From an uncultured bacterium (GTDB taxonomy: Bacteria > Patescibacteriota > Minisyncoccia > Phycocordibacterales > PALSA-1337): a stretch of 64,000 nucleotides of DNA. Position numbers and translations under genes: made by a program. The stretch is taken from contig CAIQIZ010000021.1 in assembly GCA_903872035.1 (NCBI GenBank), positions 18,157 to 82,156 on the forward strand, read 5' to 3'. The notes under the pieces are model-generated. The model worked only from the letters and a program-made list of their open reading frames with translations, was not told where the DNA came from and did no database searches. Below, piece after piece: positions 20,261-29,553 of the stretch (positions are counted from its first letter, which is position 1; every line of letters begins with the position of its first letter).

Positions 20261-21838
20261 TTATTTTCTCATAAAGAGCGGTGCTTCAGGCATCTTGTTC
20301 TTTTCCACCAGTCCAACGATCTTTGCAGCAGTCTCAGGAAGGATCGGTAACAGCATCGTTCCGATCATGTGCAAGCGAGCAAGTAATTCCTTGATATCTT
20401 TTTCTGCACCAGCTCTGTCTTCTTTGATCTTCTTAAACGGTTGTCGTTCTTGGACGATCTTGTCAGTGGCTCCAATAAGATCCCAAATGGAATTACTGGC
20501 TTGCTGAATATCGTATTTATCTAGGCCCTCCGAATACTTCTCCAACAAAGTCTTGTACTCAGCAGATTCAGCAAATTCTTTCTCTGCCACCAAATCGTAT
20601 TTGATGCCATTGGTTTCGGCCATCTTCAAAATCCGACTGGTCAAATTACCTAACCCATTAGCCAAGTGTGCATTGAAAGACTCTTTGAATTTATCCGGCG
20701 AATATGCACTATCTTCAAAAGGATGGAGCTCACGCGCAACGTAATAACGCAGAGCATCCGTTCCGTATTCTTTGACGATATCCAATGGGTTTACCGCATT
20801 ACCGAGAGATTTGGACATCTTGACTCCCCCTTCACCTGTAATGAATCCGTCAATGATGATCTGTTTCGATGGTGGGAGCTTCACGGCCATGAGCATGGCT
20901 TGCCACATTGCTGACTGTTGGCGAAGATTGTCCTTTCCGCAATACTGTACAGCACCACCTGACTCGACCCACCATTTGTCGAACTTCTTCATATCAGTCG
21001 GCCAACCAATGGTGGAAATGTAATTGACCAAAGCATCGAACCAGACGTACATGACATGAGCTGGATCGTTCGGAACCGGAATGCCCCAAGGCATCTTTGT
21101 GGCCAATCTCGAGACGCTAAAATCTTCTAGGCCACGCTCAACAAAAGCTCTGATCTCATTTAAACGAGAACTTGGTACGACGAATGGAGTCGTGACAGGA
21201 GAACCGTCTCCGTCTCGCCGCTCTCCCACTCCGCTCGAGCCGGAGACGCTTCCCCGGCCATAGAGATCCATTAAAGGTTTCTGGTAAACACTGAAGCGGA
21301 AAAAATAATTTTCTTCTTCATAGACTTCCAATTCCATCAAAGGATGAAGCGGGCACTTGCCTTCGACAAGCTCCGATTCTGTTTTTTCCAGTTCACAGCC
21401 GACGCAATATTTGATCTTGTAATTCTTTTTGTAGATCAGGCCATTCTTGTCGGCGATCTTCCAGAATTCCTGCGCCGCAGCTATATGATCAGTATCGGTT
21501 GTACGGACGAATTTAAATGTGATCCCTGCTACATTTTCAGCGATACCGAGCAACGGCAACAATTCCTTGAATTTGGCGGCTGCTTCATCGACATATTCTT
21601 GCGGCTCTTTGTGATTTTGTTTGGCTTTTTGGAATATTTTCAATCCGTGTTCATCTGTTCCAGTATTAAAGAATACCTCGTGACCAGCCAAATTCTTGGC
21701 GCGAGCGATGATATCGGCACGGATAAGCTCCATGGCAAAACCGATATGCGGTTCAGCATTTACATAAGGTAAAGTGGTGGTTATGTAAAATGGTGGTTTC
21801 TTTGATCCTGTGGCCGTTTTTGAAGGGTTTTTTGTCAT
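20261..21838 (-). CDS. metG: Methionine--tRNA ligase
   Basis: YITTTLPYVNAEPHIG, YVWFDALVNY, KMSKS. Confidence 0.96.
   Translation of the reverse strand: MTKNPSKTATGSKKPPFYITTTLPYVNAEPHIGFAMELIRADIIARAKNLAGHEVFFNTGTDEHGLKIFQKAKQNHKEPQEYVDEAAAKFKELLPLLGIAENVAGITFKFVRTTDTDHIAAAQEFWKIADKNGLIYKKNYKIKYCVGCELEKTESELVEGKCPLHPLMELEVYEEENYFFRFSVYQKPLMDLYGRGSVSGSSGVGERRDGDGSPVTTPFVVPSSRLNEIRAFVERGLEDFSVSRLATKMPWGIPVPNDPAHVMYVWFDALVNYISTIGWPTDMKKFDKWWVESGGAVQYCGKDNLRQQSAMWQAMLMAVKLPPSKQIIIDGFITGEGGVKMSKSLGNAVNPLDIVKEYGTDALRYYVARELHPFEDSAYSPDKFKESFNAHLANGLGNLTSRILKMAETNGIKYDLVAEKEFAESAEYKTLLEKYSEGLDKYDIQQASNSIWDLIGATDKIVQERQPFKKIKEDRAGAEKDIKELLARLHMIGTMLLPILPETAAKIVGLVEKNKMPEAPLFMRK
21198..21255. repeat. 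Hairpin repeat family 1, in frame inside metG
   Basis: cgtctccg..gccgctctcccactccgctc..cggagacg; encodes GSVSGSSGVGERRDGDGS. Confidence 0.7.
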
Positions 21839-21936
21839 GTAGTGGCTATATTAGCAGAAAATCAAAGGAAAATCCCTTTCCTTAAAAATATTTCGGGATG
21901 CCAGAAAATGAAACTTGATATGATTTTCTAGACTGC

Positions 21937-23034
21937 CTACTCCACACTTTTCCCCGCCATGGCCCTTTCAGCTGTTTCTTGTTTCTTATATTTTTCGATA
22001 TCGTGGATGTATTCCATGAGAGCTGCCGAGAGAGGCACGGCGATCACTGCGCCAAGGATTCCGGCCAACTTGGCGCCGATGACCAATGCCAAGATAACTA
22101 CGATCGGAGATATTCCAACAACTTTCTTGACTACTAGCGGATAAAAGAGTTGGCTTTCAAATTGATAGATGATGAGGTAAAGACAAACCAGAAGAACGCC
22201 TGTGCCGATACCCTTTTCTGAAAAAGCGATGAGTATGGCAGGCACAGAAGAAATGATTGGGCCAAAGACAGGAATGATCTCAAAAAGACCGGCGAAGACC
22301 GCCAGTATGAGAGCGTGCGGAATGCCGACAATTATTAGCGTCAGGTATACAAGAAGTCCGACGACTAGGCCAAGAATGATCTGACCTTGCAACCATAGAC
22401 CGATCTTTCTCTGGGAACGCTTCCAAAGGCCGACTATGTACTCGTGGTGTTTGACCGGTGCGACTATACGAAGGAAATCAGCTACACCCTCCTCTTGCAC
22501 TGCCAGATAGAATGAGAGAACCACGATCAGGATGAGAGAAAAGACGCCACCGAATAGCACGCTAGCCGTCTTGAAAGCGCTGGCTGAAGTGCCAACGATG
22601 ATATTCTGCAATCCATTGACCAGATCGGCCATAGAAACAGTATGAGCCTCCAAGGCATTGGAGACCGTGGTTCCAAAATTGACTCCCAAGCTGGACACTG
22701 GGCTCCAGAGATCTTCCAAGGAAACATTCTGGGGGATATTGTTAAGAAATTGAACAGCATCTTTAGCGACCACCGGAACAAAGAAGATCAGGATACTAGC
22801 TAGGACGGCGGCCATGAGAATATAGACTATGATGACGCCAATGATCCGGTGGATCTTTAATATCTTCAAGCGACGTACAACGGGTTCTACAGCTGAAGCG
22901 ATAATAACTGCGGCTAGCACAACAAGTACGACATCGGAGAGATGATAGATGGCGAACAAAAGCACGCCGATCATTACAAACCGCACCATAGTACCTGTTG
23001 TGACGTTTATGTGGATATCGCGTGATGGGGGCAT
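21937..23034 (-). CDS. AI-2E (PerM) family transporter
   Basis: Multi-TM; WLQGQ, EIIPVFGP, QFESQLFYPLV, GILGAVIAVP. Confidence 0.9.
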   Translation of the reverse strand: MPPSRDIHINVTTGTMVRFVMIGVLLFAIYHLSDVVLVVLAAVIIASAVEPVVRRLKILKIHRIIGVIIVYILMAAVLASILIFFVPVVAKDAVQFLNNIPQNVSLEDLWSPVSSLGVNFGTTVSNALEAHTVSMADLVNGLQNIIVGTSASAFKTASVLFGGVFSLILIVVLSFYLAVQEEGVADFLRIVAPVKHHEYIVGLWKRSQRKIGLWLQGQIILGLVVGLLVYLTLIIVGIPHALILAVFAGLFEIIPVFGPIISSVPAILIAFSEKGIGTGVLLVCLYLIIYQFESQLFYPLVVKKVVGISPIVVILALVIGAKLAGILGAVIAVPLSAALMEYIHDIEKYKKQETAERAMAGKSVE

Positions 23035-23056
23035 GGAATGATTATATCATAATGTT

Positions 23057-23569
23057 CTATAACCACTGCTCAAAACTATCCAAATCCTTCTTCTGTTCGA
23101 CCGGATCCTTGGCGCGGTGAGCCGCATTTCTATGGTAGATTCCCCCATCGCTCGTGGCCCGATCGAAATGTTCACCGAAGATATACCTGATACTTTCCTC
23201 GTCGCATTTCTTAGGGTCTGTATCGCCACCTGTCACTGACACTACTTTCTGCAACAAATCAGGACCTCCTTCGAGCAGAACGATCTCTGAAGGGCCGTTA
23301 TTGAAATGCTCCAAGGTCGCCTCCTCTATTCCTTTAGACAACCCCTTGTACATCGAACCGACGACAAAATCATCCGGCAATCTTTTTGTAACTGTCTTAA
23401 CGACATATAGACCAGAATCTTCAAGTCTCTTGACAATCTCGCCCTTCTTGGCAAAGGCATCCGGCTTGATGACAACGATAGCCAAACCGCTCTTTTCATT
23501 CACGGCTATATCTGATGCACTTATCAAAGCTTCCAAACCCTGATCCTCAAATTTTGCAGATTCATTCAT
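23057..23569 (-). CDS. Nucleoside-diphosphate kinase family protein (divergent)
   Basis: VVIKPDA, G.TDPK....SIR, RNAAH. Confidence 0.7.
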   Translation of the reverse strand: MNESAKFEDQGLEALISASDIAVNEKSGLAIVVIKPDAFAKKGEIVKRLEDSGLYVVKTVTKRLPDDFVVGSMYKGLSKGIEEATLEHFNNGPSEIVLLEGGPDLLQKVVSVTGGDTDPKKCDEESIRYIFGEHFDRATSDGGIYHRNAAHRAKDPVEQKKDLDSFEQWL

Positions 23570-23605
23570 AGAATAATTTAACTGTAAGTCTTCATCCCCA
23601 ACTCA

Positions 23606-24877
23606 TCATTTGAACTTGAAATAGCTCTTGAAGCCTTCCCCATCCTTGAACTTCCCTACCACCGCCATATTGAGACTCTCATTGACGAATATCTCTCGTG
23701 CCAACTTCTGGACATGAGCGGCAGTAACGGCGTTCACTTTCTTAATGATCTCATCGGGAGATTCGATGGTGTGCTTCATCACTTCCTGTAAACCGCAGAA
23801 TTCGGCTCGCGAATCGGAAGTCTCCAGCTCGAGAAGAGTCGTACCAGAGATATAATCTTTGGCCTTGGTAAGCTCTGCTTCCGGGACAAGCTCTGTCTTC
23901 AAACGATCACATTCTGAAAGAATACCCCTCACCCCTTCTTCGACGCGGGAATTATCGAGGCCAGCAGAAATGGATAGAAAACCATGATCTGTAAATGGAT
24001 TGTCGCTCGTCCTTATGTAATAGCAAATCCCCAATTGATCACGCATTTTGGAAAACAGACGTGAGCTCATGCCTCCGCCAAGAATAGTCGATAGAACATG
24101 CATGACCGGAACCCTCTCATCAAAGATCGAAAATGTCCGTGTACCGATGACAATATGAGTCTGGTCAGTTTCTTTGAACTCCGTCTTGACCTGCGGCGCG
24201 CTCTGAGATTCTTTGACGGCGAGCTTACCGAGCTTGTCGCCAGTCAAAACTTTCTTGAAGGCTTGCTCGACGGCTTTGGTGATGCTCGCTTCATCAAAAG
24301 AGCCTGCAACAACTACAGTAGTCGCCTTTGAGACATAATGCTGCCCGCGGTAAGCTATGAATTGCTGACGATCAAAAGACTTCACGTTGACTTCGGTACC
24401 CGCCACATTCCAGCCGACAGGCTGATCGCCATAAAGAAGCTCCATGAATACATCGTGGACATGTTGCTGTGGGAGATCCTGATACATGCGGATCTCTTCG
24501 ACGATCACTCCCTTTTCCTTGGCGATCTCCGCTTCTTGGAAGAGCGGGTCAACATACATATCCGAGACTATATCGAGGACCGTGTCGAGGTGTCGCGAAG
24601 CAGCTTTGGCGTAATAGCCAGTAAATTCCTGAGTCGTAAAAGCATTGTAATGGGCGCCGATGGAATCGAGTTCACGGGATATATCTATGGCCTTGGGCCT
24701 CTTGGTCGTCCCCTTGAATACCATATGCTCGAGAAAATGCGAGAGGCCATTCAACTCCTTCGTCTCATATTTTGAACCAGCTTCAACTAGTACAAGAACA
24801 GTCACAGCCGGATTGTCGGCCATCGGAATGGTGATAAGACGCAAGCCATTTGAGAGGATGGTTTTCTGGAATTTCAT
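23606..24877 (-). CDS. M16 family zinc peptidase
   Basis: HFLEHMVFKGT, NAFT, LGGGMSSRLF. Confidence 0.95.
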   Translation of the reverse strand: MKFQKTILSNGLRLITIPMADNPAVTVLVLVEAGSKYETKELNGLSHFLEHMVFKGTTKRPKAIDISRELDSIGAHYNAFTTQEFTGYYAKAASRHLDTVLDIVSDMYVDPLFQEAEIAKEKGVIVEEIRMYQDLPQQHVHDVFMELLYGDQPVGWNVAGTEVNVKSFDRQQFIAYRGQHYVSKATTVVVAGSFDEASITKAVEQAFKKVLTGDKLGKLAVKESQSAPQVKTEFKETDQTHIVIGTRTFSIFDERVPVMHVLSTILGGGMSSRLFSKMRDQLGICYYIRTSDNPFTDHGFLSISAGLDNSRVEEGVRGILSECDRLKTELVPEAELTKAKDYISGTTLLELETSDSRAEFCGLQEVMKHTIESPDEIIKKVNAVTAAHVQKLAREIFVNESLNMAVVGKFKDGEGFKSYFKFK

Positions 24878-24904
24878 GTTGCCACTTTATCACAAGGCTG
24901 TGAT

Positions 24905-25252
24905 TCAGGCTATTTGAAGTTTCGACTCGATGCGGCGCAAACGCGGAGCATGATCTTTGAAAACGACTTTCTCGAGAGAATCGAACTTCACTTCCAGGCG
25001 TTCGATATCATCTTTAGTGGCCATATTTTCTTTGATCCCCGAGATTTCTTTTTTTATTTCTTTGAAACCTTTGTCGACTTTGATGACTAAACTATCCATT
25101 CCCTTGAAACCGTTGGCAACTGTAACGGCAAGACCAGAAACGGTAACGGCAAGGTCGTCAGTTTCCTTGAATCCTTTAGCGATCATAATAGCCAGATCAT
25201 CGATAGTGACTTTAGAATCATTTGAATTACAATTTGTTTGTTCTTGAATCAT
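24905..25252 (-). CDS. Small coiled-coil hypothetical protein
   Basis: Three xxGFK repeat units, MATKDDI, heptad pattern. Confidence 0.7.
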   Translation of the reverse strand: MIQEQTNCNSNDSKVTIDDLAIMIAKGFKETDDLAVTVSGLAVTVANGFKGMDSLVIKVDKGFKEIKKEISGIKENMATKDDIERLEVKFDSLEKVVFKDHAPRLRRIESKLQIA

Positions 25253-25377
25253 AGATTAATTGGTTAGAAAGCTATTAATAGGCGAAAACGGTATAGGCAT
25301 ACCGACAGGCCAGTACATTTTATTCCTCAATAAAAAGATTGCAAGCTTACACATTTGCGTTCTCGTTTTGTAATAAT

Positions 25378-26361
25378 CTATTTTCGTGCCTTCATACCCA
25401 ATGATGAAACAATCTTATGTGTATTTCCATGCTTTAGCATTCCCAGATATGAAGCAACCGTCGCCGGCTTTGGATTGTTTAGGAGGGCCTTAATCATTCG
25501 ACGTTTTGTAGTTGTGCGCAATATTCTATGACTGGGAAAATTGATCCACCCGAGAAAATCGATACCGGATGAGTATGTCGCGATAGAGACTTTATCAGGA
25601 TGCAGATCCAGCAAGAGATTCTGTTTCAGAAACGCGCGGATATGTTTCAAAACTTCCTCGATAACGGCTCGGTCGGTATTCATGACAATGAAGTCATCCG
25701 CGAACCGTATGTAATATTTCTCCTTAACCTCGTGCTTCATATACTGGTCAAATTCATTCATGAAAATATTGACCAGCAGTTGAGAAGTCAGATTCCCAAG
25801 CGGCAATCCCTTGCCGGGGATCACCGAATCGAAGCTCTCGACGATTCTTCTCAATAACCAGAGCGTGTCATCGCCGACGTTATGTCGCTTTACGACCTCA
25901 AACAATCGCGCATGATCAATGGAGGCGAAGAATTTTCTGACATCGCATTTTAGGACCCAGCAGGTTTGACTATCATTTCGGCTAGCTCTCCGATATAGCT
26001 CCAGAAACCTTCTTATAGCTTTATGGGTTCCTTTTTCATTCCGGCATGAATAAGAATCGTGGATGAACAGCCTGTTAAAATATGGATACAATACCCGGTA
26101 AACGGCGTGATGAAGAAGTCTATCTCGAACAGTCGCTTTGTGAATCTTTCTAGGTTTTGGGTCGGAAATGTTGAATTCCTCATAGCCGCCGTGTTCGTAC
26201 GTCCTATCTTTCAGATCCGCGTGCAAATCAAATATATTTTCTGACAAATGCATGGAAAATTCCATAACGTCCTTCCGACCACTTTTGCCACATAAAAATT
26301 CCTGCCATGCGACAAAAAGGTTATCCGGCGATATAATTGTTTGGTATAGATCTATATACAC
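25378..26361 (-). CDS. DGR reverse transcriptase
   Basis: KPRKI...RDRLLHH, CDVRKFFASIDH, GLPLGNLTSQ (DGR-type), YIRFADDF, GIDFLG; no maturase or endonuclease domain. Confidence 0.95.
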   Translation of the reverse strand: MYIDLYQTIISPDNLFVAWQEFLCGKSGRKDVMEFSMHLSENIFDLHADLKDRTYEHGGYEEFNISDPKPRKIHKATVRDRLLHHAVYRVLYPYFNRLFIHDSYSCRNEKGTHKAIRRFLELYRRASRNDSQTCWVLKCDVRKFFASIDHARLFEVVKRHNVGDDTLWLLRRIVESFDSVIPGKGLPLGNLTSQLLVNIFMNEFDQYMKHEVKEKYYIRFADDFIVMNTDRAVIEEVLKHIRAFLKQNLLLDLHPDKVSIATYSSGIDFLGWINFPSHRILRTTTKRRMIKALLNNPKPATVASYLGMLKHGNTHKIVSSLGMKARK

Positions 26362-26369
26362 ATTCTCTC

Positions 26370-26764
26370 ATGATGCCCCCCCCCCGCAATCAAAAATACC
26401 GACAGTCGTGCATAAGCAAAAAGAAGCATATTCATTATGGGTCAGGCTTCATCACAATTTTCCCCGGACAGAACGGCTCGGTCTTGGCCGGAAAATAGAC
26501 TCGGCCTTTCTCGATCTCTTGGAATGGACATTTGTCGGCGCGTACCTGCCTCCTGAACAAAAGATCCCTGTTTTGAACAAGGCCATGACAAGGCTGGATA
26601 TCGTAAAGTTCTTTACGCAAATATCGTGGGAAAACAAGCTTATACAAAACGAGCAATACATAGCACTATCTCTCATGTTAGAAGAAATCGGTCGACAGCT
26701 CGGCGGCTGGAAGAAAGGCCTGCAAACAAAACTCCCCAACCTTGAGCCGGGGAGAAAGACTTGA
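26370..26764 (+). CDS. avd: Avd (accessory variability determinant)-like four-helix bundle; start uncertain (ATG 26370/26373 is out of frame across C10; in-frame GTG 26408 or ATG 26252)
   Basis: FPRTERLGLGRKID...LDIVKFF...EEIGRQLGGWKK, located between TR and RT. Confidence 0.85.
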
Positions 26765-26768
26765 GTTT

Positions 26769-26876
26769 CGGGAGAACACCTGGTTGCCATCATTCCACCT
26801 GTTCGGATTCTCAACCGGATTCGCGTTCACGTTCCAGCCGTCGTCGTACCAGTTCACGTTGACCGCGCGGAGCACA
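26769..26876 (-). ncRNA. DGR template repeat (TR)
   Basis: 108-bp ungapped match to VR; rich in AAY codons (reads VLRAVNVNWYDDGWNVNANPVENPNRWNDGNQVFSR). Confidence 0.95.
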
Positions 26877-27126
26877 CCGGAGTTCATCGTACACGAGACC
26901 ATCCGCATCACCGCCCACCAAACCATGATGAGCTGAATCTTGTTCGGGACATCGAAGTCCTCCAGTCCCATGCACCAATTCTATTCTTTTTTGAAGAGAC
27001 CTTCCCCACTCTCGCGCGAGGCCTGACCGTCAACAAGGAGTTATACCCAACGCGACTCTCGAAGAAAATATCCTAAAACCATGACGCGGAAGCCATGTCC
27101 GCCGCGTGCCGCATGATTTCAGCATT

Positions 27127-27135
27127 AGTATATCA
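27127..27135 (-). promoter_or_regulatory. Candidate extended -10 promoter for the TR RNA
   Basis: TGaTATACT on the minus strand, about 250 nt upstream of TR and downstream of the target gene hairpin. Confidence 0.45.
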
Positions 27136-27175
27136 CCCAATAGGTAATTCCGTTGAACCAGGTCATATACAAAAA

Positions 27176-27223
27176 TTGACCCCCGCCTGCCTCCGCCAGC
27201 TGGCGGAGCAAACAGAGGGTCAA
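27176..27223. repeat. Hairpin downstream of the target gene (terminator and/or homing cruciform)
   Basis: ttgaccc...ctccgcc-agct-ggcggag...gggtcaa. Confidence 0.65.
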
Positions 27224-27243
27224 AGTGTCCGAGGAACAAAGGA

Positions 27244-27993
27244 TCAGGCTGTCGCCGGAACCGGAGTTTCCGAGGGTTTGAGAGCGGAATTGCGGGAGAA
27301 CACCTGGACGCCACCATCCCACCCGCACGGATACCCAACCGGACCCGCGAGCACGCCCCAGCCGCCGCCGTACCAGCACACGTCGACCGCGCGGAGCACA
27401 AACCATTGATCTTTGATCTCAAATAGGTACTGCGAATCCTTGACCTCTTCAAAGATCTCCCTTCCTTCAAGGCCAACGTAGCTGAAACGCTTGTCATCGA
27501 GTTTCTTCACCGGTTGGGGGATGTAGCGGATATTCGCATACCCGTTAGTCAGAAGCAGACCAGCGGCGCTTTTGGGACCGTCCTGTTGATTCTCCATGTC
27601 GCGGAACATTTCACCAAGAGAAGAGACGGCTTTGGGCACACCGCCCAGCTCGAGGATAATGTCCTTGTCATACATGTACCTGGGCAAGGTGAAGACGTTG
27701 GGTGCCTTCGTCGGCGGGAGATCTTCAACCGTGTTCCAGAACCAATTCATGAAGTTGTTCCGGACTTCGCAGATCTTCACCTTAGCATTGCGGCTGGTGT
27801 CGACCTTGAAGTGATCCCTGACAACAAACTTGCCTTGATTCCAAGATTGAGAAGCGAGCCAATCGGTCAGAGGTCCTTGAAGGCGACCGGACTTAGCCGC
27901 ATCAATAATGTTTTGAGGGACGAGATCTGTCCGATTCCAGTTGACACAGGTTATGAGAGTCGCACCGGCGGTTGCTATCGTTTGATTATTCAT
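27244..27993 (-). CDS. DGR target protein with C-terminal variable region (probable CLec-like fold)
   Basis: C-terminus VLRAVDVCWYGGGWGVLAGPVGYPCGWDGGVQVFSR is encoded by the VR; fold is inferred. Confidence 0.92.
   Translation of the reverse strand: MNNQTIATAGATLITCVNWNRTDLVPQNIIDAAKSGRLQGPLTDWLASQSWNQGKFVVRDHFKVDTSRNAKVKICEVRNNFMNWFWNTVEDLPPTKAPNVFTLPRYMYDKDIILELGGVPKAVSSLGEMFRDMENQQDGPKSAAGLLLTNGYANIRYIPQPVKKLDDKRFSYVGLEGREIFEEVKDSQYLFEIKDQWFVLRAVDVCWYGGGWGVLAGPVGYPCGWDGGVQVFSRNSALKPSETPVPATA
27293..27400 (-). repeat. DGR variable repeat (VR)
   Basis: 20 mismatches against TR, all at TR adenines. Confidence 0.95.
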
Positions 27994-28191
27994 TTTTGGT
28001 TTGCTAGGTATCGCAATGCTCCTTCAAATCCTTGCACACCTTGATTCATATCAAGCCCGCACAAGAAAAATCAGAAAGAGAAGTGGTTCGCCACAGCATT
28101 CCAGGTCCTATCTCAAGACCCAAAATGCCATGGCGAAATGGATATTTCTCCACAATTTGCTCTGTAAAGGAGCCCTATTTGCCTCCTTTTA

Positions 28192-29529
28192 TTATACCAC
28201 CTTTTGCTTCAAAAAGTCAAGTAGTTCCGCCTCACCAACCCTCTCCTGCTTACCTGTATCTCTGTCGCGCACCGTTACGCCTCCGCCAGCTGGCGGATTT
28301 TTTTCAATAGTATCAAAATCGATGGTCACACAAAATGGCGTACCTATCTCGTCCTGGCGGCGATAGCGCTTGCCGATGTTCCCGTTGTCGTCGAAGGTCG
28401 TGGCTGGGATTTCTTTTTTTATGGCCTTGAATATTTGCTGAGCTCTTTCAACTAGAACTGGCTTGTTGCGAAGCAATGGAAAGACAGCGACTTTATACGG
28501 CGCCACATTCGGAGACAATTTCAAATAAGTACGCTTCTCTCCGCCAAGGTCGTCTTCTTTGTAAGCGTCGGTGAGAACTGCCAGCAGCATACGATCAAGC
28601 CCAAATGAAGGCTCGATGCAGTGTGGGATGAATCTTTCTTTGGATTCTTCGTCGTAATATGACAGATCGACTTTGCTTGATTCGGAATGTTGTTTCAAAT
28701 CAAAGTCGGTACGATAAGCCAGACCAGACAATTCTTTTCGGCCAAATGGAAAATCGAATTCGAAATCGATGGTTCGTTTGGAATAATGAGCGCGATCGCC
28801 GTCCGCTACTTCCAATTCATGGACTTTGGATCCATCCAAACCGACATCGGCCATAAAGTCTTTTGATTCTTGCTGGAAATGTTCGAAAGACTTCTCCCAC
28901 TCCTTTGGGTTCACGAAATACTCTATCTCCATCTGCTCGAACTCTCGTGCACGGAAAAGGAAATCCCTGGGAGCGATCTCATTCCTGAAAGCCTTCCCTA
29001 TCTGAGCCAAACCGAAAGGTAATCGTGGATGCTGCGTGTCGAGGATATTTTTGAAATTAACGAACATGCCCTGAGCGGTCTCCGGACGCAGATAAGAAAT
29101 AGACGATTCGTCTTGAACAGCTCCAACGTGAGTCTGGAACATCATATTGAATTGCTTCTGCTCCCCGACCTTGCCGCCGCAATCCGGACACTTCCCCGCC
29201 TCGGCTAGTTGATCGGCACGAAAGCGATGTTTGCACTTGGAGCATTCAACCAGAGGGTCACTGAAACCGGAAACGTGTCCGGAAGCTTTCCAAACATTTT
29301 GGTTCATAAGGATAGCCGCGTCTACGCCGAACATATCGTGACGGCCATCGACAAAACGCCTCCACCAGAGGTTCTTGATATTATTCTTCAAAGCCACGCC
29401 GAGTGGGCCGTAGTCCCATGTTCCAGCCAATCCACCATATATTTCAGAGCCTTGAAAAATAAACCCGCGGCGTTTGCAGAGCGAGATGATCGCCTCCATA
29501 ACATCGGTTTTGTCGTTTGATTCCGCCAT
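28192..29529 (-). CDS. glyQS: Glycine--tRNA ligase, alpha2 type
   Basis: KRRGF, YLRPETAQG, FRNEI, IEPSFG, IGKRYRRQDEIGTP. Confidence 0.96.
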   Translation of the reverse strand: MAESNDKTDVMEAIISLCKRRGFIFQGSEIYGGLAGTWDYGPLGVALKNNIKNLWWRRFVDGRHDMFGVDAAILMNQNVWKASGHVSGFSDPLVECSKCKHRFRADQLAEAGKCPDCGGKVGEQKQFNMMFQTHVGAVQDESSISYLRPETAQGMFVNFKNILDTQHPRLPFGLAQIGKAFRNEIAPRDFLFRAREFEQMEIEYFVNPKEWEKSFEHFQQESKDFMADVGLDGSKVHELEVADGDRAHYSKRTIDFEFDFPFGRKELSGLAYRTDFDLKQHSESSKVDLSYYDEESKERFIPHCIEPSFGLDRMLLAVLTDAYKEDDLGGEKRTYLKLSPNVAPYKVAVFPLLRNKPVLVERAQQIFKAIKKEIPATTFDDNGNIGKRYRRQDEIGTPFCVTIDFDTIEKNPPAGGGVTVRDRDTGKQERVGEAELLDFLKQKVV

Positions 29530-29553
29530 ATCGATATCTTATACCAAAGAAGA

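Larger units (their letters stand above)
25378..27993. mobile_element. Diversity-generating retroelement: target (-), TR (-), avd (+), RT (-)
   Basis: All four components are present, with adenine-specific TR/VR differences. Confidence 0.97.

Noticed and set aside
25378-26361. RT as a group II intron, retron or Abi RT
   Set aside because: It is short, has no maturase or endonuclease domain, carries the DGR-type SQ motif, and has TR/VR and avd adjacent
26678-26971. 97-aa minus-strand ORF resembling the target C-terminus
   Set aside because: It is the TR read in the VR frame; TR is normally non-coding
27514-28044. Long antisense ORFs here and over many housekeeping genes
   Set aside because: Shadow ORFs opposite well-supported genes
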